DNA of 64,000 nucleotides. It comes from the human T2T-CHM13v2.0 reference genome, Homo sapiens. This document shows, one piece after another, positions 37,920-50,940 of this stretch (position 1 is its first letter; each line of letters opens with the position of its first letter). Below the pieces are notes generated by a model that was not told the DNA's origin, did not search any database, and worked only from the letters and a program-made list of their open reading frames with translations. The stretch lies in NCBI RefSeq assembly GCF_009914755.1, contig NC_060926.1; one strand, written 5' to 3'. Made by a program: the position numbers and the translations under genes.

Positions 37920-39260
37920 GAAGACAAAACAGAAGACACATACACACACATCAGTGGAACACAACAGAGAGCCCAGAAACAGACTGAAATACAGCCGACT
38001 AATCTCTGACAAAGGAGCAAAAGCAATTCAATGGAGAAAGGAGAGTCTTTTTAACAAATGGTGCCGGAACAAGTGGGCATCCATATGCAAAAAAGAAAAA
38101 AAAAAGAATCTAAAAACAGACCTTATACTTCTTACAAAAATTAATGCAAAGTAGATATTAGACCAATATATAAAATGTAAAATTTTCAAACTTCTAGAAG
38201 ATAACATAAGGAAAAAAATCTAGTTAACTTTGGATTTGGTGACTTTTTAAAGATACAACACCAAAAGCATGATCCACGAAGACAAAAATTGGTAAGCTGA
38301 ATTTCATTAACATGAAAAACTTTTGTTTTGCAAAAGATACCATTAAGAGAATAAAAAGACAAATCCCAAACTGTGAGAAAATATTTGCAAAATATATCTA
38401 AGGATTCGTATCTGAAATATGCAAAGAACTGTTAAAACTCAACAAGAGGAAAACAAACAACCCAATTAAAAATGGGCAAAAGCTGAACAGATATGCAGAT
38501 GGAAACTAAGTATATGAAAAGATGCTCTGTATGTTATTAGGAACTGCCAATTAAGACAACAATAAGACACCACTACACACCTATTAGAATGGCCAAAATC
38601 CACAAGTCTGAAAACACCAAATGCTGGTGAGGATGTGAAGCAACAAGAACTCTCATTCATTGCTGTGGGAATGCAAAATGGCACAGCCACTTTGGAAGAC
38701 AGTTTGGCAGTTTTTTACAAAGCTCACATAGTCTTATTATAAGATTTAGCAATTGTGCTCTTCATTATTTACCCAGTGGAGTTGAAGAGTTATGTCCACA
38801 CACAAACTTGCACACAAATGTTTATAAAAGCTTTATTCAGGATTACCAGAAACTGGAGGTGATCAACATGTCCTTCAGTAGGTGAATGGAGAAATAAATT
38901 CTGATATCTACAGACAATGGAATATCATTCAGTGAGAAAAGACCTATCAAGTCATGAAAAGGCATACCGGGACCCAAAATGCACATTACTAACGAAAAAA
39001 GCCAAAAAGGCTACATACTGTATGATTCCAATTATGTGACATTTTGGAAAAGGGAAAATTACACAGATAGTAAAATGATCGGTGGTTGGTAGGGGTTGAG
39101 GAGAGGGAAGGATAGATGGTCAGAGAGTTCCGGATGTTTAGGGCAGTGAGACCATTGTGTGCGATTTCACCACAACGGTGGACCCACGACAGTGTGCAGA
39201 TGCCAAACCCATTGAATGCAGACCACAAAAAGATAATAATTACATAAACTATGAACTTTC
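37920..39260 (+). mobile_element. L1MC-like ORF2 3' end and 3'UTR
   Basis: LISDKGAKAIQWRKESLFNKWC; aaaaggctacatactgtatgattccaa. Confidence 0.88.
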
Positions 39261-40945
39261 ATAATGAAATAAATCATGTTTTAAAAAAGTAGACAGCTTT
39301 GTTCAGTTACTGTCTACTTTTTGAAATGGAGAGGGTGGGATGCTTACATGGTTGTGAGGATAAAAATAGCTTAGAGAATGTAATAACTAAAACAGGTGTG
39401 TAAACATTGTTAAACTCTTTTATCCTCATTAAAAAACATTGCTTAAATATATTTGTAATTTTTTACAACTGAGCGAGTAGTGCAAACACATTAACATAAT
39501 TCTCCTCTAGCTCCGCTCAGAAGTCAGGCTTCAGTGCAGGACCACATGGCTCCAAGTGCACCTGCCAAATGCAACAACCTCTTTCAACGTCATTAAAATA
39601 TTTCAATAGGAGGCTTGATTTTAGACTCAACCTGTGTTTTCTCCCCTGGAAAATGAAGGTTTTATGAAACAAAGAAGGTCTTTACCATTCTCATCCAAAA
39701 TGCTGAGACATCTGTGATGTCTGCTGTAAGTGCCACCAGGCTCTCCTCTGAAATCTCACAACGGGAAAATAGAGACTGTCAATTCTGCTTTTAGAAAGGG
39801 GAGAATCAGATCTAATGTCGAAATGCCATGTCCTCATTCATACACATCTTCTTTTACAAATTCCACAGGTTTAGTTACTTTGGGATTAATATGGGCCTAT
39901 TTTAAAGTGCATTTATTAATTTAGCATGAAATGTCCAAATGCATTCTGGATCCTGAGCTGACATCCAGCAATGCTGAGTGTGCGCCTGTGTGAGTCACCA
40001 GCCCTGATGAGCCTCAGGTTATTGTATTCATAAAATGAAGGGGCTTAGGCTTGCTCCGATTTTTTTAAAACCATTTTTAACAGTAAAAACTTGTTTCTTG
40101 TTACATAAAAATGTACAAGAAAAACCCAAACATTACAAATGATAAATTATAATTTTATTAATATAAATATTTTGTGAGCTCAATTTATAGGACTTAGTTA
40201 TTATAAAAGAAATAAGCAACATGAGGTGGCCATACTTTCCTATTTTGTTCACATGCTATTGATAAATCTTGATGTACACAGAAAATTAGTTTCAAAGAAT
40301 AATAATTTTAAAAATCTTGACTTGTAATTTCAAGGGACTTTAAAAAAATTCCTGCAATTTCTCTTTAAAGGTTCTAGAACAGTTTTCTATGTCTTAAAGC
40401 TAAATAATCACAAAGAACTAACTGTTCTCACATTCTGTATTATAAATATGTAAGTCAGAAAAGGAACAGACAAAAGAATAAAAACACATGCGTGAACAAA
40501 TGGGCCTTGGTTTACATTGAATTGGATCTGGCAATGAACATGGGTTATAGTAGTATTTTTGTGTGTAATTTTACACGAGTGGACTGTTGACAAAATAAAA
40601 ATTGTCTGCAATCACTATTCGGTGGTATATTTGCACAAATGGTAAACATATACATAGAGTTCGTGGGAGAAATTTATTTCATGGCTTACCAGAAGACAGG
40701 TTAAGTTGGGACATTTAATTGTTTCATTACTGCTACATTTTATAATGCACTTGTATGGGCAAGGTATTTAAATGTATTATAATAACTTTTAAATGCTCAA
40801 TGTTACAGAGGAATTATTAGACAAAGTACTGATACCTTCTTTGTGTGTGCTTTGAAGGCACGAGGAAATAATAAAGCGGCCCTTTTCCCTTTTCCCATCT
40901 ATTTCCTGAAGGCCAAGCTGTGCTTCTGCAGATTAGACCTCTGTA

Positions 40946-40964
40946 ACACACACACACACGCACA

Positions 40965-40998
<34 letters not shown>
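40946..40998. repeat. (CA)n microsatellite with CG interruptions
   Basis: Direct inspection. Confidence 0.97.
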
Positions 40999-40999
<1 letters not shown>

Positions 41000-41510
41000 T
41001 ATAGCCTTTAGGGGTTTAAAGGAGGGAGAGAATTTGCCTGGATAACTCTCACCTAGGTATTTTCTGGGGAGATCTAGAATCGTCTAAGGGGTTAAGCTGG
41101 ACTAGCCAATGGGAAAACAAAATGAAGATACTGGGGAGATGTTCCCAGAAGAGGAGCATGCCTATTGGGCTAGGCCCTAGTCACATGCAATTCCCCAGAT
41201 GTGGTTGGTGTGGCCAAGGTTCCAGTGTTTGACTGCTGCCTTCTTGGCACTTCTCGTGCTGTGAGGAGCATCCCCTCCCCAGTAGCAGGGGCAGTGGTCC
41301 TCTCACCCACTTCAGAGTAAAGGGCCAGCAATTGGCAGTCACAAGAAAAGTAGTGAGACAGGAAGGTGAGGAGCATGAAGTCCCACCATACCAGCCTCCA
41401 GTGTCTGGCACAGAATCTGACGAGGAACCTCCGTGAATTGGAATCTTCCACATCTTGATACATGGGAGTTTCTGTTAGATATAATTTCACTTATAAAAAG
41501 AAAGAAATAT

Positions 41511-41902
<392 letters not shown>

Positions 41903-42312
41903 TCAATATTAATCATGAATGTATTGATAATTTTTTAGAAGAATAGAAGAGATCTCATCATATTAAATGAAGTATATCAATTATAAGACGCATGCTAACT
42001 CCAGAAAAAGCAAAACATGAAAAAAATGTGTCTTAGAATGGAAAAATGCAGTAGTTAAACTATTTTTAACTAGAATTTAAATGCAACATTTTAGGATATG
42101 AAGCCCTCAACTCATTTCGAAAACTACTGGCTCAGATGACCTCAGCGATAGGAAACCTCTAAAAGATCATGAGTCTAATCAGATAATTTTCTGTGCCTTT
42201 GCCTGAGAGTCTAGCTGAAAGTGGTGCCGTTTTTACAGAAAAGGAATAACGTGTCCTGAACTGGGAACCCTTCACCGGCCACCATTCCTGGAGGCGCTTC
42301 ACTGTGGAGTTT

Positions 42313-42331
42313 TGGTCACCAGAGGGCTCCA
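42313..42331 (+). promoter_or_regulatory. Candidate CTCF motif
   Basis: tggtcaccagagggctcca versus consensus TGGCCACCAGGGGGCGCTA; motif match only. Confidence 0.3.
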
Positions 42332-43607
42332 GGGGACTACTGGGGAAGGCCAGGACATGGAAGAGGGCCTAGAGCCAGGGTTACCCGGGAGGGGGTGGAC
42401 CCATTTTGCCAAGCACCTGAGGACCAGGCCATACAGAATCCTCTCAAAACCACCCGCACACTAGGTGGGAATAAAGGATAAGAGAAATTAATGTGTGCTT
42501 AGCATGTGAGAGCCGACATTCATAGTCAGGCTGAGCAAAGAAATTCATACAGAAGGATGAAGCGCACGTTATGAGACAAAGAACACCCAATTATAAGACA
42601 GAAAACCTCGGTTCTGGGAAATTCCTGAACTGTTTGCCCGTCCATGAAAGAGTAATAGTGATACCACCTTCTCCACTTTTTCTTGTAACAGAACTGCCCG
42701 TTTCTTTCATGCTCACAGCTAAGTGTTTAGTAGAAATAATTGACAAATATAAGGTCATTTCTCTTACACAAAAGGTTCAAGAAAACTGAGAAAGATTTAA
42801 AAATTCCCAAATGAATGATTTTTCAAGGCACAATATCTTAATTTACATAAAGAGAAATAATACATTTTGTCTTAAATAAAGATTTGCCCACATCCTAAGT
42901 GTGGCATTGTAGAGTAGTTAAGATATTTCTTCAAAAAAAAATTATATCAAAAAATCTGTACTTTTTGAGTGGGGATTATAACACACAAACCTGGTGCAAT
43001 ATATTTAAAACAAAGCAGAGATTAATTAATAATTAATGATTCCCCATCACCATTTTCAGAAAACCCAGTAACTTAGTGCCTTAAGATGTTCAAATCATCC
43101 CAAAAAGTTGAGTTATGAAATATTTTCAAAACCCTTTCTCAAGCTTTGCTATTCTAGCTTTAGCTGGAAGAAGAAGCTTCCAAGTTAAAGATGGTAGATG
43201 AAATACTGACCCAGTTGTTTCCTTTCCCTCCCAAGAAACCATGATGGTTATCCATCATGGAGAGAGAACAGCAAAGACAAAAATTGATTTGGTGGCCTCG
43301 CATCCGCGAGAAGGAGCATCATCTGTGCACCTTCCTGGGGGTGAGGGGCGGAGAAGTGAGGCAGGCGTCAGAAAACAGGAGGGTCGATTAAAATCTGTAC
43401 ATTGACAGTCAACCCTCATTATCCTCCCTCACCGATGCCTGCACCCCACCCCTCGGGTAACCAGTGAGTAGAACACCAACAACCAACAAGCAAGCAGCTG
43501 CCTTCCAGAGAGGAGAGGAGAAGGTTTTCTCCAGAGAAAGGAAACCATTGAGACCAAACGCATCACTTACTAACATGTGGAAACCCCATCGACTCCCTGA
43601 AGCAAAA

Positions 43608-44211
43608 CCTCTAGATGAGCCTTTCACTAATGATAACACAGACTCATTCTCCTTCTTCACGTGTCACTATTAAATGTGAACAGTGAAGAATCACCTCGAG
43701 ATGAGCCTTTCACTAATGATAACACAGACTCATTCTCCTTCTTCATGTGTCACTATTAAAGGTGAACAATGAAGAATCACCTCTAGATGAGCCTTTCAGT
43801 AATGATAACACAGACTCATTCTCCTTCTTCATGTGTCACTATTAAAGGTGAACAGTGAAGAATCACCTCTAGATGAGCCTTTCACTAATGATAACACAGA
43901 CTCATTCTCCTTCTTCATGTGTCACTATTAAATGTGAACAGTGAAGAATCACCTCTAGACGAGCCTTTCACTAATGATAACACAGACTCATTCTCCTTCT
44001 TCATGTGTCACTATTAAATGTGAACAGTGAAGAATCACCTCTAGATGAGCCTTTCACTAATGATAACACAGACTCATTCTCCTTCTTCATGTGTCACTAT
44101 TAAATGTGAACAGTGAAGAATCACCTCTAGATGAGCCTTTCACTAATGATAACACAGACTCATTCTCCTTCTTCATGTGTCACTATTAAATGTGAACAAT
44201 GAAGAATCACC
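43608..44211. repeat. 86-bp minisatellite, 7 copies
   Basis: Units start 43608, 43694, 43780, 43866, 43952, 44038, 44124; near identical. Confidence 0.98.
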
Positions 44212-44378
44212 AGACATTTCAGGGAAACCAATCCCAATGGGAAAAAAGACCAAGGTAAACTGGGAGGCAGAATGATTGTTGAGAACCTAACATTGTAGCA
44301 AAATAAGAAATAAGAGTTTTATATCATCATTCACTTAGTGGTAGTGTCTGGGGTTTCACTATACAAATATATCACTTT

Positions 44379-44481
44379 GATATATGTATATATATATATA
44401 TATACATATACACACACACACACACAGACACACACACACACACAGACACACACACATATATATATATATATTTTTTTTTTT
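44379..44481. repeat. Compound (TA)n(CA)n(TA)n(T)n microsatellite, tail of adjacent Alu
   Basis: Direct inspection. Confidence 0.93.
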
Positions 44482-44711
44482 GGCGGAGTCTCACTCTGTT
44501 ACCCAGGCTGGAGTACAGTGGTGTGATCTTGGCTCACTGCAACCTCTGTCTCTTGGGTTCAAGTGATTCTCCTGCCAACTTTTGTATTTTAAGTAAAGAC
44601 GGGGTTTCACCATGTTGGCCAGGCGTGTCTTGAAATCCTGACCTCAGGTGATCTGCCTGCCTTGATCTCCCAAAGTGCTGGGATTGTAGGCATGAGCCAC
44701 CATGCCTGACC
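44470..44711 (-). mobile_element. AluS with internal deletion
   Basis: cggagtctcactctgttacccagg...ctcctgcc jumps to aacttttgtatttt; ends catgcctgacc. Confidence 0.9.
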
Positions 44712-45930
44712 TGACATAGTTTTAACTATTAGAAGAAACCACAGGAAGCTACCATTTGAATAGATCAAACATTAGCAATATATTAAAATATCAGCAATTT
44801 CATATGCTCAAGATTATTTTTTAAAAAATAAAAAGAGAAGAGAATTGATTCAATTTCTAGGCCAGCAACCAAAGAAAAAGCAAGAAATGGAAGATTTTAC
44901 AATTATATAGTAATAGCAAGATCTTACATTTCTATTGAGTTTTAAAGATTACAAAACACATCAATATACATTGCCTTGTTTGATCTTTAAACAACTCTAT
45001 AATTGTAATTAATATATCTAAAAATTGTAACTCTTGAGAAATCCAGGACGAAACAAATGAAGCCTAAACACAGCTTTAATTTGCCAAGTAATGGGTGGAG
45101 AAGGGATCAGAAGCTGGGCTGACTGACCCCACGTCCTCTTCTTCCATTACTTAAAAGAAGTCAGCCAGCACAAAACCTTGGGAAGGACCTGAGATAAAGG
45201 CAGTGGGAAAAGAGCAGAGTCAAGGATGATCTATAAACAGAGGTAAAAGAAGGAATGCCTTAAATACAAAAACATATGTCCACAGAGCTGGGAGTTGTAC
45301 AAAGCCATGTAATTAGAGAACATCATGTTGACAGCAGACTCTTGACCTGGGGGAAAAACGTTCACGACACTGACTCCAAGAAGGATAAACTTGAAGGATT
45401 CCAGATGTGAGGCAGTCAAAGCCTCACTTGGAAGCACTGTACAAATGTTCATGTCAAGAACTGAAATGAATTTATACCCACATAAAACTACATGTAGGGG
45501 AAGGCTTACTTTGTAAGATGTTTCCGGACACTACATTAGCAGCTGTACCGCACACACTTACACAACACAAACACAGGCAAGCTTGTCACCTGCACAGCTG
45601 GAGGGTTAGCCTGGACAGGGCGATTACAGTCTCTCCTGAACCTCTTCCTTCTTGTCCGTGACTGAATCCTATTCACATGCTATAAGGACCATGGGCTTGT
45701 GGAATCCAACTTAGCTTCCTTTAGAACCAAAGGATGCCTCTGTGACACATGCAGAAATGACTTCCTTTTATTTTTCATTCAGTCCGTAGGAAGAGAACAG
45801 CTGCAAGAGAGAGAAAGAAAATGTACACGGTGGCTAGGTGGAGACGGCACCTGAAGAGTGAGTTTCATGTTTAGCCCCAACAGTTTATAAACATTCATGT
45901 GGTGATTAAAGATATTCCCCAAAACCAGAA

Positions 45931-46092
45931 AACACAACTGAGTCAGCTTCTGTTAGTGAGCATCACGCTGCAACCCAGGGGCCAGATGTCCTTGGAAAAG
46001 ATCAGAGACATAACACAAATGAGTCAGCTTCTGTTAGTGAGCATTGCGCTGCAACCCAGAGGCCAGATGTCCTTGGAAAAGATCAGAGACAT
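45931..46092. repeat. 81-bp tandem duplication (2 copies)
   Basis: Copies at 45931-46011 and 46012-46092 differ at about 4 positions. Confidence 0.95.
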
Positions 46093-47275
46093 AAAACATC
46101 GCCGCCTCTGTTTATGCAACTTACTGAAGTTTACATGGAACCCCCGTGCCCTCCCTGCGTTTAACCTTCTATGCAAATGACAGAGACTGTCACTAGAGAA
46201 GGAGCAGTAGATTCTCATCCAGTTCCACAAGTCAACACGAGCATTGTCTCACTCCCCATGTTGACAGCTGCAGAGGATTTTCCATTCCCTGCCCCTACTG
46301 CTTCCAAAAACATCGGTTTTACATTGCCATAGCTAATGTTAACACCTCCTAGAATAAAGGGGGAATCACCACCGAGTGTCAGTTCTGGTTCAGACTGTGG
46401 AGTGAGGGTGTTATTCTTCTTGCATAAAATGTAGTGACTCCACATTGCACCAGTGGCTTGGTAAAAAAGACAAAATTTCTAGGGAATTAGTATCGATTAT
46501 TTTTAACTATCATAACCTTGGCTTTATTGACACTTTGTATTAAACAGATCTCACTTGCCAAACGCCACAGGATGCAAGCCAACAGACGGGCCCAGAGAGC
46601 TCTCGTGAGCCGGAACTGTCACATAAGAAGCAAAACCACGAGAGAGAGACCACCACCCACATCCAACACAGCATAGCCACCCTGAAAGCCTCAGCATGTA
46701 AACTTTCGTGGCACCACCCTTTCTTTTAGAAATGTGTTTAGATTTTATAGACTTTTGCTAGACTTTGTTATGTAAGCTTTATGTACTGAAAGGTCTTAAT
46801 TAAAGATTTTTAAATGTTGAGTAAAATGTTCACCAGTATAGTTTGTAATATATATATAACAAACCTGTCATATAATTTATTTTCTTTAAAAACAAGGCCC
46901 TTATACAAATTGCCCATGGAACTTTTATTTAGAATTTAAGGTCATTTGGGGCTTAGTGTCATATAAACAAAATTCTCCCAATTGCTAGGGTCCTCTTGGG
47001 GTGCTGCATTCCTGCGAACCATGATCATGCCAGGCTTTGTCAGTGATTGGAAAAACAGATCCTTCTCTGTCTGGGAGCTCAAATGCCTAGGGTGATGCCA
47101 GATCAAGTTTTCATTACTGAGTCATACATTCCTAAATTCAGTGTATCTCAGAAAAACAGACATACCTTTAACTCACAACAGTTTAACCTGACAAAGGTCT
47201 CAAATACTTCTATTGCAATAAAAATTGTGAAAAGGCTATCTTGCTAGAGATCTCTGACTCAGAGAAGAAAGTGAA

Positions 47276-47601
47276 GGTTGGGCATGGTAGCTCATGTCTG
47301 TAATCCCAGCACTTTGGGAGGTTGAGGCAGGTGGATCACTTGATGTCAGGAGTTTGAGAGCAGCTTGGGAAACACAGTGAAACCATCTCTGCTAAAAATA
47401 CAAAAATTAGCTTGGCGTAGTGGTGCTTGCCTGCAGTACCAGCTGCTTGGGAGGCTCAGGCAGAATTGCTTGAACCTGGAAGGTGGAGGTTGCAGTGAGC
47501 CAAGATTGAGCCACCACATTCCAGCCTGGGTGACAGAATGAGACTCTGTCTCAAAAAAATAAAAAAATAAAAAATAGGCCAAATAAATAAGAGAGAGAGA
47601 A
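47276..47601 (+). mobile_element. AluS-type SINE
   Basis: Full dimer, complex tail, TSD aagaaagtgaa. Confidence 0.92.
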
Positions 47602-47930
47602 AAGAAAGTGAAGAATCTCAGTGACTGCAGCATTTTGGAACAGAATTTCTTTCAGGGAGGAATAGGGCACTGAGTATAAAAAGCAGCAGTGGAAAGAATT
47701 GCACAAACCCCTTTTCCATGCACTAGGTCTCTGGGTATAACTTTTATGAAGTTTAATTTCCTTCTAGTTGAATAAAGGTAGCAATGTGTTGCCTTTTACG
47801 TTGTGTATGAAGAGCCTAGAATGATGATCGACACCAAAAAGGAGTCAGTAATTTGATCCATTCACTCTTGGGTGCTGAGCTCCTCAGGGCATAGGCAGGA
47901 GGCACAGCTGGAAAGCCACCTGTGGGTGCA

Positions 47931-48272
47931 CAGGTGCTGCTGGAGAGCAGAGTGAAGGAGGAAATAGGACAGGTGCTAAGGAACATGCAGGTGGAGCTGG
48001 AACACAGAGTGCAAGAGGGAATAGGCCAGGTGCTAAGGAACATGCAGGTGAAGCTGGAGAGCAGAGTGCAGAAGGGAGTAGGTCAGGGGCTAAGGAGAAC
48101 ACAGGGGCAGCTAGAGAGCAGAGTGCAGGAGGGAATAGGACAGGTGCTCATGAAAACACAGGGGAACCTGGGGTTCAGAGTAAAGGAGGGAATAGGACAG
48201 GTGCTAAGCATAATGCAGGTGCAGCTAGAAAGTAGAGTGCATGAGGAAACTAGAAGAGATGCTAGAGGAACA
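47931..48272. repeat. Diverged 57-bp minisatellite, ~6 copies
   Basis: Units start 47931, 47988, 48045, 48102, 48159, 48216. Confidence 0.93.
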
Positions 48273-48446
48273 CACTGAGATAGGTCCTGAGGGCTCCACT
48301 GAACCATACTTATCACTGCGTTTCAGAGTTCTTTCTTCTCATGCATCTATTTAAAAGGTGATCATTTGTGCACACTTTCTATCCTGCAGTGTAGCCATTT
48401 TAAGTATTCCTAACTAAATTGAGAGCAATTTAAGAACAGATGTCTT

Positions 48447-48562
48447 CTTGCACACACATGTTTATAGCAGCAAAATTCACAATTACAAAAATATGGAACC
48501 AGACTAAATGCCCATCAACCGAGTGAATAAATAAAATATTATATATATTATATATATATATG

Positions 48563-48596
<34 letters not shown>

Positions 48597-48957
48597 ATGG
48601 AATACTACTCAGCCATAAAAAGTAAAAAAATAATGGCATTTGCAGCAACCTGGATGGAGTTGCAGACCATTATTCTAGTGAAGTAACTCAGAAATGGAAA
48701 AGCAAATACTATATGTTCTCACTTATAGGTGGGACCTAAGCTATGAGGATTCGAAGGCATAAGAATGATAAAATGGACTTTGGAGACTTAGGGGGAAAGG
48801 TGAGAGGGGGTGAGGGATAAGAGACTACACATTGGGTACAGTGTACACTGTTTGGGTGATGGGTGCACCAAAATCTCAGAAACCATCACTAAAGAACCTA
48901 CGCAAGTAACCAAAACCACCTGTTCCCCAGAACTATTGAAATAAAATAAAATAAAAA
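48447..48957 (+). mobile_element. L1PB-like 3' end with internal (TA)n(CA)n
   Basis: ctaagctatgagga...aaggcataagaatgata; flanks aacagatgtctt/aacagatatctt as TSD. Confidence 0.9.
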
Positions 48958-49075
48958 TAACAGATATCTTATTCCTTTGGTAGTCCCCAGGGCCTAGCTC
49001 AAGAATTTACTAAATGCTTGTAAAATATAAGAATAAATGGAACAACTGGGTAAGCACAGCTCATGCAGAGACATC

Positions 49076-49616
49076 CAGCCGTTTCAGAAGTGTTAAGGTT
49101 CAGAGCAGTGGGCCCTGCGTAGGTCCTGGGTCATGGCATTTCCAGGAGGCACAGCCGTTTCAGAAGTGTTAAGGTTCAGAGCAGTGGGCCCTGCGTAGGT
49201 CCTGGGGTATGGCATTTCCGGGGAGGCACAGCCATTTCAGAAGTGTTAAGGTTCAGAGCAGTGGGCCTTGGGTAGGTCCTGGGTCATGGCATTTCCAGGA
49301 GGTACAGCCATTTAAGAAGTGTTAAGATTCAGAGCAGTGGGCCCTGCGTAGGTCCTGGGTCATGGCATTTCCGGGGAGGCACAGCCATTTCAGAAGCATT
49401 AAGGTTCAGAGCAGTGGGCCCTGCGTAGGTCCTGGGTCATGGCAATTCCAGGAGGCACAGCCATTTCAGAAGCGTTAAGGTTCAGAGCAGTGGGCCCTGC
49501 GTAGGTCCTGGGTCATGGCATTTCCAGGAGGCACAGCCATTTCAGAAGCGTTAAGATTCAGAGCAGTGGGCCCTGCGTAGGTCCTGGGTCATGGCATTTC
49601 CGGGAGGCACAGCCAT
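49076..49616. repeat. 76/77-bp minisatellite, 7 copies
   Basis: Units start 49076, 49152, 49229, 49305, 49382, 49458, 49534. Confidence 0.98.
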
Positions 49617-49861
49617 CTCAAGCCTCCTTATTTATGGTGCGTGCTCTAAACCTCACACAGCACAGGCTTTTCTTTAAAAACATCAAGGTGAAATAAACCA
49701 CATATTAATCTAGGTGGGCAATTAGAGAACCCACACAATTTAGTTGTATAATAGTAAACTTCTGCTGCATATTTAAAGGAAAATAGATAATATACTTTTT
49801 TTTAAAAAAGTGCAAATTATTCCACTATTTCTGAATACTCACTGCTTCCCATTGGAGAAGA

Positions 49862-50367
49862 TGTAACCTAAATTACCACCCCATCTTGAGAAACAATTGT
49901 TCTCCTTTTATTTCCTTTTTATTTTCCCTTTTTTCTATTCTGGGCTTTTAATAATGCTTAGTCATATGATTTACTTAGATAACTTCAGGAACCAGCCTTA
50001 AAAAACTAAGCATAGAATCAAGGTTGCAGATTACCCCACCCTGGGAAGAATTCTGAGCAGTGAGTCTGCATTCCTGTTGCAGTCAAGCTGATGCCAGGGA
50101 GACCATCAGGTGACCATTGCTCAAGACAGTCATTGAGACCACACACACTGACCCACACATGGTCAAGCCCTGCACATAATTTCTCTACATCCTCCCCCCA
50201 CAAAAACCTTCCAGCCAGCCTGAGAAACTTGAGATGTTCTTTGCAACACTGGTCTGCCATCTTCTCAGATTGTCAGATTTTGGGTAAACCCACTTTTGTT
50301 CCCACCAACTCTTGTCTCTTGAGTTTGGTTTTCAAGCAGCAAGCAGCCAAACCTGGGTTCAATTACA
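49862..50367 (+). mobile_element. 5' LTR (MER31/MER67-like)
   Basis: tgtaac...aaacctgggttcaattaca; aligns with 56225-56721. Confidence 0.85.
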
Positions 50368-50372
50368 ATTTG

Positions 50373-50390
50373 TGGCACCCAGCATGGTGC
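50373..50390 (+). promoter_or_regulatory. Primer binding site, Lys-like
   Basis: TGGCACCCAGCATGGTGC versus Lys1,2 PBS TGGCGCCCAACGTGGGGC (4 mismatches, 2 at CpG). Confidence 0.6.
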
Positions 50391-50811
50391 TGTGCACCTC
50401 AGGTGATCTAGCCTGCCTAGTTTTCAGTGGGTGGAGAAGTTGTCCTAAGCAGCATGTCAGAACTTACCCATTCACGCTACTGGGCAGAGCAACAACTTGC
50501 TCAAGAGTGCCAGCTGATCATGGCTATCTGACCCTGTGGCTGGGGCCAGGATTCCAGGAACGTCCCAGCAGCTACCAACAACTCTTTTTCTTGGAGATTT
50601 TCCCTTTTCACCCCTACGAGGCATCAGCTGCCTGCAACTCTCAGCTGGTGCAAGAAAAAGTGGTATCTGAGGAGTTGATGGCTTCAAGACTGGGTAAGTC
50701 AAGCAAATGTGCACAGTGGGATTCTCTCTCTCTGACATTTGGGCTTTAGTGCCATTTGGACCTAGCACAGGTCGTTTGTGGTACCAGATTGTGTGAGATA
50801 ATATTCTAAAA

Positions 50812-50940
50812 ACAAATACCTAATGTTAAATGACGAGTTACTGGGTGCAGCACACCAATATGGCACATGTATACATAGGTAACTAACTGGCACATTGTGC
50901 ACATGTACCCTAAAACTTAAAGTATAATAATAAAAAAAAA
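50812..50940 (+). mobile_element. Very short young L1PA 3' terminus
   Basis: atacctaatgttaaatgacgagtta...gtaccctaaaacttaaagtataata plus A tail. Confidence 0.92.

Noticed and set aside
43608-44211. Regular array resembling CRISPR or a snoRNA/miRNA cluster
   Set aside because: Head-to-tail identical units with no unique spacers, no cas genes, no C/D or H/ACA architecture; ordinary minisatellite in primate DNA.
49076-49616. Second regular array as CRISPR-like
   Set aside because: No spacers; simple tandem repeat.
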